Position numbers and translations under genes: made by a program | Assembly (NCBI GenBank): GCA_002269645.1 | Contig: NIVC01002947.1 | Span: 2,565 to 66,564, forward strand | Reading direction: 5' to 3' | Source of the DNA: Macrostomum lignano | Lineage: Eukaryota | Length of the DNA stretch: 64,000 nt | The notes under the pieces: model-generated | Told to the model about the DNA's origin: nothing | Databases searched by the model: none | The model's input: only the letters and a program-made list of their open reading frames with translations | Shown here: positions 46,991 to 56,967 of the stretch, piece by piece | How positions within the stretch are numbered: the stretch's first letter is position 1 | Layout of the letters: each line of letters begins with the position of its first letter

Positions 46991-48149
46991 CAGCACGCGG
47001 AGCCGTAGCGACAGCGGCCTGCACTCGCCTTTGGCTCCGTACTCGGCCAGCTGCGGCGCTCGATTGCTGTTGCTAAGGAAGAATGCGTTGCCCTTGCCGC
47101 CGGCGCCGCCCCTGGCCGCGATGTACAGCTGGGGTTTGATGGGGTGGCTGCGATGTACAGCTGGGGTTTGAGGGGGTGGCCGCGATGTACAGCTGGGGTT
47201 TGAGGGGGTGGCTGCGATGTACAGCTGGGGTTTGAGGGGTGGCCGCGATGTACAGCTGGGGTTTGAGGGGGTGGCCGCGATGTACAGCTGGGGTTTGAGG
47301 GGGTGGCTGCGATGTACAGCTGGGGTTTGAGGGGGTGGCTGCGATGTACAGCTGGGGTTTGAGGGGGTGGCCGCGATGTACAGCTGGGGTTTGAGGGGGT
47401 GGCTGCGATGTACAGCTGGGGTTTGAGGGGGTGGCCGCGATGTACAGCTGGGGTTTGAGGGGGTGGCTGCGATGTACAGCTGGGGTTTGAGGGGGTGGCT
47501 GCGATGTACAGCTGAGGTTTGAGGGGGTGGCTGCGATGTACAGCTGGGGTTTGAGGGGGGTGGCTGCGATGTACAGTTTGGGTTTGAGGGGGGTGGCTGC
47601 GATAAAAAAGTGCCCCTCAGCCGCAAACCGCAAACAACTTACCTGGCCGTCCTCCTGCAGCTCGCACAGCAACTGGCCAGCCTCATCAAAAACCTGCGTG
47701 CCAGGCGGCACGTCCAGCATCCGGTGCTCGCCGTTCCGGCCGTGGCAGTTGGAGCCGCCGCCGCCGCGACCGGCCTCGGCGCGAACCTCCGGCGGGATGG
47801 CGCTGAGGTCGCGTACGGACTCGCTGCAGCGCAGCACCACGTGGCCGCCGTGGCCTCCGTCGCCGCCGCCGGGCCCGGCCAGGGGGTTGCAGAACAGCCT
47901 GTTGAACGACACCATGCCGTCGCCGCCGCGCCCGCCCGAACACTGCAGCTGGCGCGAGTCGGCGAATCCTCGAACGTCGGCATCGCCGGCCGCCCGTCGC
48001 TTTCGGTGCAGCGGGCGAGGCGGCGACGTCGCCGCGGACGACGACGAAGCGAGGCGTCGACCAGCAAGCGACGACGACGACGGCAGCGCTCTGCCGAGAG
48101 CCAACAGCGACTGCGCCGTTCGGAGAAAAGTTGGCTGCAATATCAGGCC
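46065..48149 (-). CDS. MTG2: Mitochondrial ribosome-associated GTPase 2 (Obg family, GTPBP5/ObgH1); start codon absent from the genomic exon
   Basis: Exons 48149-47643, 47128-46773 and 46368-46065; 1167 nt in frame. Obg fold FAD...GGRGGDG...[37 protein letters not shown]; G1 [10 protein letters not shown]2 FTTLQP, G3 [11 protein letters not shown]4 NKAD. N-terminal R/L/S/A-rich presequence. The Obg N-terminus matches MTG2 rather than GTPBP10. Confidence 0.9.
46495..46645. repeat. 16-bp tandem repeat CTCCACAAACTCGAAT in MTG2 intron 2
   Basis: About 9 copies. Confidence 0.88.
47113..47603. repeat. 32-bp minisatellite spanning the MTG2 intron1/exon2 junction
   Basis: About 15 units of 31-33 bp; the minus-strand unit is CCCCCTCAAACCCCAG|CTGTACATCGC(A/G)GCCA. 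Confidence 0.96.
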
Positions 48150-48164
48150 CTGATTAGTACTGAT

Positions 48165-48835
48165 GATTTCAAAACAAACCGGAAGCAAACAAAGACAAAC
48201 CGGAAGTCTAAGAAACACAAACCGGAAGCAAAAACACAAACAGGAAGAAAACAAAGACTCAAACCAGAAAAAAACACAAACAGGAAGAAAACAAAGACTC
48301 AAACCAGAAAAAACACAAACAGGAAGAAAACGAAGACTCAAACCAGAAAAAACACAAACAGGAAGAAAACGAAGACTCAAACCAGAAAAAAACACAAACA
48401 GGAAGAAAACAAAGACACAAACCGGAAGCAAAAACACTAACAGGAAGAAAACGAAGACTCAAACCAGAAAAAAACACAAACAGGAAGAAAACAAAGACAC
48501 AAACCGGAAGCAAAAACACAAACAGGAAGAAAACAAAGACAAAAACCGGAAGCAAAAACACAAACAGGAAGAAAACAAAGACAAAAACCGGAAGCAAAAA
48601 CACTAACAGGAAGAAAACAAAGACTCAAACCAGAAAAAAACACAAACAGGAAGAAAACAAAGACTCAAACCAGAAAAAAACACAAACAGGAAGAAAACAA
48701 AGACACAAACCGGAAGCAAAAACACAAACAGGAAGAAAACAAAGACACAAACCGGAAGCAAAAACACAAACAAGAAAGTAACAGACACAAATCTGAAGTC
48801 AAAAAGGACACAAACTGGAAGTTAAAACAAAGACT
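48165..48835. repeat. ~40-bp A-rich minisatellite (ACAAACAGGAAGAAAACAAAGAC...) in the TMEM70-MTG2 spacer
   Basis: Two alternating sub-variants (TCAAACCAGAAAAAAAC and ACAAACCGGAAGCAAAAAC); U-rich on the transcribed minus strand. Confidence 0.92.
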
Positions 48836-48972
48836 AAAAAATTATCAATTAAAAGCGACTGAAAGAAAGGAAGACAAAAAATTGACTGAAAATCAGACTT
48901 GCATTTGTATTTTATAGCTAAGCAATGGAGCAATGCTAATATTCTATAGCAATAAAGGAGGCGCAGAAATCG

Positions 48973-49560
48973 CTACTTGCTACTGCGGCCAGTAGTCTGT
49001 TGAAAAATTTTGGCCACAGAATCGAAGTCCAAGCTGGAGGCAGCGTCAACAAACAGTTTTGCACCGTTGCTGGGCACGCTTAAATTAGCAAACGGTATGC
49101 CAGTCTCTGTCAAGGCAACTTCGTCTGGCCGGAAATCGATAAACCGATTGCGCAACAACACAGTCTTGGTCACGGCTCGGTAGGCGGTGCCATCCGTGTT
49201 GGCAAACAGCCAGAACACGTAGGAAGATGTGAACAGGTGCAGCAGCAGTGGGGTGGCCAGGGAGAACAGGCCCAGACCTCCAATGAGCACAGCATCCACC
49301 GCTCCGCCCCTGCCAGCCATGATAACAAAGGCCTGGCCGCACAGCCCAGCACTGCTTGTGGCCAGCGAGAAAGCTTTCACGCCTCGAACCATCGCATTCT
49401 TGGGGCCCCGGTAAACTAAACGATAGTTGGAGCCGGCAAGCTGCTCTTCTGCTTGGCTTGCCTGGCACAGGGACCTCTGGCTAGATTGACAGCTGGGTGG
49501 TAAACTCAAAAAGTTTGAATGGGTAGAAATTCTGATGATGGCTCTTGATGCAGACAGCAT
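48973..49560 (-). CDS. TMEM70: Transmembrane protein 70, mitochondrial (ATP synthase assembly factor), 195 aa, single exon
   Basis: Presequence MLSASRAIIRISTHS, then RLVYRGP..AMVRGVKAFSLATSSAGL, two hydrophobic segments, TPLLLHLFTSSYVFWL and YRAVTKTVLLRN. This matches the remembered TMEM70 pattern (LIYTG...GVKCFSYSTS...TPVLLHFITKGYV). Confidence 0.85.
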   Translation of the reverse strand: MLSASRAIIRISTHSNFLSLPPSCQSSQRSLCQASQAEEQLAGSNYRLVYRGPKNAMVRGVKAFSLATSSAGLCGQAFVIMAGRGGAVDAVLIGGLGLFSLATPLLLHLFTSSYVFWLFANTDGTAYRAVTKTVLLRNRFIDFRPDEVALTETGIPFANLSVPSNGAKLFVDAASSLDFDSVAKIFQQTTGRSSK

Positions 49561-51387
49561 TGCAGAAGCAATGAAGCTGAAAGTAGTCAGAAATAAAACT
49601 AAGTCGAATGGACAGTGAAATTTTAGACTTTGTGCATATTATGCATCCATGATTTTTATACAATCTATAAGGAATAATGTAAAATGATTGAATGAGGTTC
49701 GAAACATCAACTGTGGTGATGATGAAGATTTAATATGAAATATTACTGCACAAGAAAACTACTTAACCCTCTCGATTTTAAACTGCCAAATAAGTTTTAT
49801 TCATTTTTTGGCTAAAATTAATTAGTTGATATTCTCCCTAAATCTACTTATAAATCATTGTTAACTGTCACTACTCAATTTTTTTTTATTTTGCCTTTAA
49901 AATTAACAAAACAACAAAAAAGATCTCTTTTATTGAATGCAGAGTTTTATTTTCATAGGATTTCATACAGGAAAGATATAATCATTCTAGTCTGATTATC
50001 AAGTCCATGGAGAGAACTCAGCTTTATATCTTAAGTCAAAAGCAAGCATTTGGTATGGAATAAGCAAGTGCTAGCATAGTAATGGATCCAAATATTTGGA
50101 TTTGAAATCAAAATGCATAAAATGTCTAACTTTTTTAGACATTTGAATGTTTTGAATTTAAAAATATTTCCAAATATCTGAAAATGTGCTTCTAAATATG
50201 AAAAAATTCAAGAAACCAAAAAAATGTAAAAATTAAAGAATAAAACTTTTGAAAGAAGACAGTACATTAAAAATTAAAATACTAAGTTTTATATTTTATT
50301 GTTCATTTTTACAATTGACAGTTTTTGCAATGGCATATATAGTTATAGTTATCAAAAATGTTATTAAACTTTGGGACCTTTTAAGGCATTAAGCCTGAAG
50401 TTGAAAAGTTTTTTAGGTAATCATTTTTAAGTGTAATCATAACTTAGCTTTTCAAAATGCAAATGCATAGACTATACAATATATATTTATGCATTGCATT
50501 ATACATGTATTGTACTTTGAAATTAATTATCTGGATTCATCATTCATTTATGTGAGAGAGTTTACAAGAACAATTCTTAGCACAAATATAGCCATGAACA
50601 TAGTACATAATAGAATACAATATAATATAATACATAATACAATAATATATATATAGGCCAAAAGGCCTAAAATATGCAGAGGGGCCTAACATAGGCCTAG
50701 TAAACAAAGTTACCATTATTTTAAAGTGCTAGGCCTAAAATTGAGAGTTGCAATTAATAGTGATCACATTTAGGCCCTAAAGGTTCACTGATTCAATAAT
50801 TGGCTAATTGATGAAGTGGGTTGAGGGCATTCCATCTTATATACTAAATCTGAAAATGTTTGTAACTTTGTTTATAAGTTTCGCATCTCCTCTTGAACCA
50901 CTTGGTAGATTTTCGTCAAATTTGTTTCATTCGATGTGGAATTCTACTGGGCCCATGTGGTCTAATTTTCATTTTGATGTTGTAGTGTGAAGCCTCTGAA
51001 ATTGGAGAAATACTGTACTTCGCCTATCTAATTAGTGTATTTTTCTCGCAGTCAGAGTTAAATTTTCAATTTTATATCTATGGTGGTCCGTGAAGTTGAC
51101 TACGCGGCCGCAGCATCAGCAGCAGCAGCAGCGGCGGCTCGAGTCTAAATAAAGTCTTTCAATATATAAAGCTAATTATATAGTGTATTTTTCTCGCATT
51201 GATTTTATAACCTTGAAGTTCTTTAAGGTGAGTTCAACCGGTGAGTTCAACCGTGAGTCTGTTCAACTTCGATTCATTCATATTCGTGCTGGATTGGAGT
51301 GATTTGTCTGATCTTCTGTTTGTTTGTTTGTCGGCCTGAACCGGTTGACCAGTCTCAACAATTTCATGTGAATGTGTCTCTTAGTTT

Positions 51388-51747
51388 TTGATACCTGGGC
51401 GATTAATCATTAAGGAATTGCGAAACAATATCTTACAATGTCAAATTGCTGCTGGTCAATTCAAAGGCGAAACAGTTTTGTTGCCGCGCGTACCATTGAT
51501 ACCAAGTAATTTGGATCTACCTGTTAAGTTCAGAAGGCTACAATTTCCTCTACGACCCTGTTTCTGCATGACTATTCATAAAGCACAAGGCCAATCCCTT
51601 GACGTAGTTGGAATTGACCTTGCAGGTAGCTGTTTTGTGCATGGACAGCTCTACACTGCACTTTCCAGAGCAAAAAATGTTTGTAATGTTTGAGTTCGAA
51701 TGTGCGGCAAAAGAACCAAAAATATCGTTTACCCAGAAGTTTTTTGA
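51388..51747 (+). pseudogene. Helitron RepHel PIF1-like helicase C-terminal fragment
   Basis: RLIIKELRNN...GETVLLPRVPLIP...FRRLQFPLRPCFCMTIHKAQGQSLDVVGIDL...CFVHGQLYTALSR (SF1B motifs V/VI). An in-frame TGA at 51691 is followed by KRTKNIVYPEVF*, the typical Helitron helicase end. Confidence 0.88.
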
Positions 51748-52184
51748 ATTGGACGTCTTTATTATCTATTAATAATTTTTTATAATTCAATTTAAAAAAA
51801 ATATGTTGCTATTTTACTATGAGCCACAATTAAATATTGAAAGTGCATGCTGTCACGCAAAACGTCTATGAGAAAATGTGTGTCCTGAAACTGTATTTTT
51901 CGCGGAATGCATAAGCTTGAGATGCATTTCTAGCTTAAGATGAATTTCTAGCTGCAAGTAGTAAATTCCATTAAATTTGTCTTCATCGTTATGTTAAAAG
52001 ATGGCAAGCAAGCTAAGCAAGTTAACGATTTCTTCTCTCTCTGTCGGTCCCATGCACGGCGTAGTCTCCGGAATTACTTTGTTAAGAACTGAGGTAAGCT
52101 TCCATAATTTGCTATTTTGCTTCATATATATACTTTTTTTAAAAAATCAATCCACTTAAACAACATCGTTTTTTACTAAACCAG

Positions 52185-53171
52185 ATTAGGGATGGCAAGA
52201 AGAACAAATGGTTTTCGTTTTTGATGTCAGATGAGTCAGGTGAAATCAGAGTGGCAGTTTTTGGCGATGAGTTGCAAGAACACTGGAGCATTTGCGAAAA
52301 CAGGCAAACAATCTCCATCTGTGAAGGAATGGTAAAGTGTGCTAATCCAAAATTCAACTGAACAAGCAATATGCATGAAGTTACTCTGTCAATCAATGAG
52401 GATAACAAGGACTCTCTCCGCCAGTGTAGCGATGCGATAGTTCCCATAAATGGTCCGTTCAAAGCGCTCTCCGAACTACCAAGAATTGGAGTGAATGGGT
52501 AAGTCCATCCTCAAAATGTAGAATAAACAGGAAGATATATATACTTCACACATTTTCATTCTTCATATTTTCAGTTTTGTTGATGTTCTCGGTGTCATTG
52601 TCAAAGTGGAACAACCCGTTGACGTCAACACGCGTTCCGGAAAGTTGGTGCAGCTCGCAAAAGTCTGCATCGTAGACAAATCTGGTTTTCAGACTTTTTG
52701 CAACTTCTGGGACGCCTCTGCTACCCAGGTACATTTGTGGAGACCAGGAGACATAGTTGCTATTAGAAAAGCCAAGATTCAAGAGTACGCCGGCTCGCTT
52801 TGTCTTGGTTGCTCATCATCAACTATTTCGTATTCGCCTGTTCATGACACTGCTCAAGATCTGAAAACCTGGTACGAAGAGTCTGAGAGCAGCACCCAAT
52901 TTCTACCGCTAGCTAATAGCTCAACTATGGACATTACTGACACCGCAGCTGACGACGTGCTTGCATTTGAATTCCTAGCATCGATGCAGCCGCATATCGA
53001 CCGGATGCGTCGAGTTGTTATCCGCTGTGGAGCGCAACGGGTACTTATATATACATATGTATATTAACGGGTATGATTTGACTTTTTAATAGATTGTACT
53101 TGAAGAACACATTAATACACTTTCCATTTTAGTACGTCGGCCTGTTGAACATTTGTAACGAATTCCTATGA
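52185..53171 (+). pseudogene. RPA70-like OB-fold ssDNA-binding protein pseudogene, copy 1
   Basis: Exons ~52185-52498, 52575-53040 and 53133-53171 with GT-AG introns. MSDESGEIRVAVFG...GMVKCANPKFN (DBD-A-like) and FVDVLGVIVKV...IVDKSG...FW...IVAIRKAKIQEYAG.LCLGCSSSTI...DLKTWY (DBD-B-like). In-frame TGA at 52359. Confidence 0.82.
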
Positions 53172-54400
53172 AAGATGGAAAGCTTACGGGAAACTCCCTG
53201 AAAAATACGGGAATCTGCTACAACCCCAAGTAACCGAGGATATTTTATGGTTAAATAATTATTTAGGATATGCTGCAAGTAATTTTAGGTTGCTGTTTAA
53301 GTTAATTGTTGTCGATTACGTTAAGATTCAATGCTGCTGAAAATTTCAATTTGCTAGATCAAACTTTTGTTCTCAAACTTTCAAGCAAATTAACTACTAC
53401 TTAAATTTGTTCCAGAATTTTTAATCGAATAAAACTAAACTAACCCAACTAACTAAACTATACTAACTAACGAAATTCACCCGCAAAAATACAATTGTAA
53501 CCTTATGCCACATGCTAAAAGTAATAATTAAAAGCGAGTCTCTGAAATAAAAAGTGATAAGTTCGCCCGCAATAACTTCAACATGTCCATGGTCGGATGC
53601 TTTTCTTACTTGTTCTGTATATCAGCATACTTTTGAGTACAAAATGGACGTCAGTTTTATTTGATTGTTAATTTAGGCCTTAAAAATCCAATGGAAGATT
53701 GCATCTAATCCAAAGAGAACTGTACAGTCTCCCCCCGAAAGGGGGGGGGGGCAAATTCTCTAGTCCAATATACTAAAGTTGAAAATGCTTGTTTATATAA
53801 TCTGCATCTCCTTTTTTTAAAGTGTTTGACGTATAGACATGGGATTTGCACCATTCGATGCAAAATTCTCCAGCAGTTGTGTATGACTAATAAAAACAGG
53901 GTGTCTAACCTTAAGAAATGGGTGAAAATGTACAAAAACCTGTTTTTTCCTATCTCTCCAATGTATTTTGACCTTGCTCCCTTGAATGATATAGTCTGTG
54001 GCAAAAACTGTGTATGTTAAAATTCTGCCAAGTAGCAACATGTATATTTTTCTATTTGTCTATTTGGGGCTAATATACTGCCTATGTTGAAATTCTACTA
54101 AACAGCTACCAGAGGTACATATTGCGCAGCTAAATAAACAATGAGAATATAGTCCGAAGCATCTAAAGAATGAGTATACAAGTGCACAATCTGACAGACA
54201 AGATGCCACGCGTGCTCATGCTGATGAACTGCAAGCTAATGAGACAGATGTAGAGCACTTGGCTAGAGTGAATGCTGTGCCTAGTTGCACTAAAAAAAGG
54301 TAAGCTGCTGAGACCAATGCTGAGCAACAGCCTCGCCTGAAATACAATAGAGTGCACAGAACTAAGGCACATTAATATTACTGGCCCAGGCGATGCTCGA

Positions 54401-54592
54401 GAAAGTGTTCCATTTCTGATGCAAGATAGAGTTCAGATCTCTCCAATCAGGGGTGGTGGAAACTGTTTTTTCTGGGCAGTAGCTTATCAGTTTGCAGGCA
54501 TGCCATTGCAAATACTCAACCATTGCAAAGTTGGAAGCTTAATGGCTACTGCTGCATCCAGACTGTTAATGGAACAGGCAGAGATTTTGTAG
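54401..54592 (+). pseudogene. OTU-like cysteine protease remnant
   Basis: Translates to ...SPIRGGGNCFFWAVAYQFAG..., resembling the OTU catalytic-Cys motif (D/G)GNCLFRAVxxQLxG. Short and closed by a stop; the catalytic His segment is not seen. Confidence 0.45.
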
Positions 54593-54887
54593 TCACAAGG
54601 CCTGAAAGTTGACGAGATTGTTTATGACACTCGATAAGATTGCGTTTATGTGCACAATTTTGTCGTACCTCTACTTGACAGAGTATTTGACCACAACTTG
54701 GAAATATATCAGCTAGACGAACGTAATGCTAGCAAAATGAATCTTCTTCAAGCTTCATTATCAGCCACCAGGCCACCTCTTGCCATTGCTAGGTTGCTCT
54801 ATAGTATTTCAGTACTGTTATTGTGCCTCATATGTGCTCTACTCTATGAAACCATGCCACTTTAACACCACTTTTTTACGAAACCAG

Positions 54888-55860
54888 ATACGAAATGGCA
54901 CTAAGAACAAGTGGTTTTTGTTTGTGACTTCAGATGAATCAGGTGAAATCAGAGTGGCAGTTTTTGGCAATGAGTTGCAAGAACACTGGGGCATTTGTGA
55001 AAATGGACTTGCTATTTACATCCACAACGGAATGGTAAAGTGTGCCAACCCAAATTTCAATAGGACAAGCAATCCTTATGAAGTTACTCTGTCAATCACT
55101 GAGGACAACAAGGACTCTGTACCAGTGTAGCAATGCAATAGTTCCCATTGTTTGTCCATTTAAAACACTGTCTAAACTACAGGGAATCGGATTAAATAGG
55201 TAAGTTCATGCTGAAAACATTTGAATAAACAAGAGAATTTTTTATTTCACATATCCTTCATTTCCATTCCTCACATTAACAGTGTGGTCAATGTTCTCAG
55301 TTTTATTGTCAAAGTAAAGCAACCTGTTGACGTCAAGACGCATTCTAGAAAGTTGGTGCGGCTAGCAAAAGGTCAGCATAGTGGATAAATCTGGCTATCA
55401 AACAACTTGCAACTTCTGGGAAGCTTCTGCTTTTGAAGTACAATCATGGTGAACAGGAGATGTGGTGGCTATTCAAAAAGCTAAGATCTAAGAGTATTCC
55501 GGTTTGTTGTGCCTGAGCTGTTCTTCATCAACTATTTCATATTCACTTATTGATGATATGGCTATGGCTCAGGACCTACACAGCTGGTACGAAGAGCTTG
55601 AAAGCAGCACCAAATTTGTACCACTAGCCAACAGCACTACAATGGACAGAACTGTTGATACTGCAGCCAATGGCAAACTGGCACTGGAATTCCCCGCATC
55701 GATGCAGTTGCATTTTGACTAGATGCATCGCATAGTTATCCGATATGGAGGAAAACAGGTAATTTTTTGCCAGTATGATTTTACCTATAATTATTCTTAC
55801 TTCAAAAATGCACAAATGCACTTTTCATTTTAGTACATGGGCCTGCTGAATGTAATGAAG
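54888..55860 (+). pseudogene. RPA70-like pseudogene, copy 2 (more decayed)
   Basis: Paralog of 52185-53171 (SDESGEIRVAVFGNELQEHW..., same intron positions) with frameshifts and stops. Confidence 0.8.
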
Positions 55861-55998
55861 GATTGAAAAGTTTTGAAACACGTGAGTCTACTGCAACCCA
55901 AGCTACTGAGGATTGCTTGCTGAAGATTTGTTTGAGTTTTTAACTACTGAGTTGTTAACTGAACATGACAAAAGTTTACATAGCTATTGATGCTGTTT

Positions 55999-56123
55999 TG
56001 TTTTGTGCATGGTCAACTCTACACAGCCCTTTCCAGAGCAAAAAATGTTTTTCAAGTTCAAGTTTAGATGTTGGTTGTTGTCTAGTTAAAAAAAACGAAA
56101 ACATTGTTTACCAGGAGGTCTAA
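55999..56123 (+). pseudogene. Second Helitron helicase C-terminal fragment
   Basis: CFVHGQLYTALSRAKNV ... KNENIVYQEV*; paralog of 51628-51747. Confidence 0.8.
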
Positions 56124-56794
56124 ATAAACTAAAACTCAAAGCTCAAAAACTGCCTGTCTATTGGCTTCAATGCTCAATTATCTAAATTCATGACTTTCCT
56201 TTAAGCTGTGTTCATACATGCTCTTCTTGAAAAAATATGACATTATTTTATTATGATGTGCGATAAAATACTGAAAGTATATATTGTCACGCCAAATTCA
56301 CTCACTCCTTCTATGGGAAAAGCTTCTCCTTACACTGTTATTTGCAAGTGCATAATCTTGAGATAGTGAGAATTGCTTGCTTGCTTGCTAACTAAAAAAT
56401 GGTAGCAAGCTAAGCTTTAGTTAGGCCTAGTACATTTTGACAACATATTAAAGACAAAATTCTAATAGCAAACAAGTATAAGAAATTTGTCTTTACTTCA
56501 TTTTTTATAAACATAAAATACCACATTTTACTCATCAAACAGCATTGACCATTGTTACTCACATCTAGGCCAGCCTCATAGAGTCAGTTAGGCCTAGACC
56601 TAGTCAGTCTAGCAAAGGTCTAAAACATTAAACATACTAGACAATAGATATATCTTAATTCCCCACAGAACCCCCTTGACATATTACATATATATAGGCT
56701 CTGAGGACTGAGTTGCAGATCTAGAATTCAACTTCGTCTTGACTTCTAAGTTTAACTTAATAAGAAAGGCAAAACATATCAAAATATTAGCTTT

Positions 56795-56967
56795 GGAAGT
56801 GGTTATTTTACGGCTGAGCCATAGATATAGCCAGCGAGGTAAGTAATACAGTAAGTAATACTTACGGCTCAGCCGTAATAATAACAATTTTTGACATTTC
56901 TACGGCCAGCCGTAAAAATTAGAATTTGGGCTATATCTACGGCTCAGCCGTAAAAATAACCACTTCC
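56795..56967. mobile_element. MITE, Mutator-like (173 bp, ~38-bp TIRs, 9-bp TSD)
   Basis: Left TIR GGAAGTGGTTATTTTACGGCTGAGCCATAGATATAGCC; right TIR GGCTATATCTACGGCTCAGCCGTAAAAATAACCACTTCC (1 substitution, 1 indel). Flanked by the exact direct repeat ATTAGCTTT at 56786-56794 and 56968-56976. Confidence 0.85.

Larger units (their letters stand above)
51388..56123 (+). mobile_element. Degenerate Helitron remnant(s): PIF1-helicase 3' fragments plus RPA70-like and OTU-like cargo pseudogenes
   Basis: Two helicase C-terminal fragments, two RPA-like copies and an OTU-like motif, all on the + strand in an AT-rich zone. Termini (5' TC, 3' CTRR hairpin) not identified. Confidence 0.75.

Noticed and set aside
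38817-48440. Plus-strand ORFs antisense to NUP85, UVSSA and MTG2 (e.g. 40603-41142, 43102-43971, 47527-48153)
   Set aside because: These are shadow ORFs of GC3-rich coding sequence with no recognisable motifs.
56400-56435. Helitron 3' terminus (AAGCTAAGCTT hairpin, then ...GGCCTAG|T)
   Set aside because: The hairpin is too short and AT-rich, and TAGGCCTA motifs recur elsewhere (50650-50780, 53675, 56590), so the terminus cannot be assigned.
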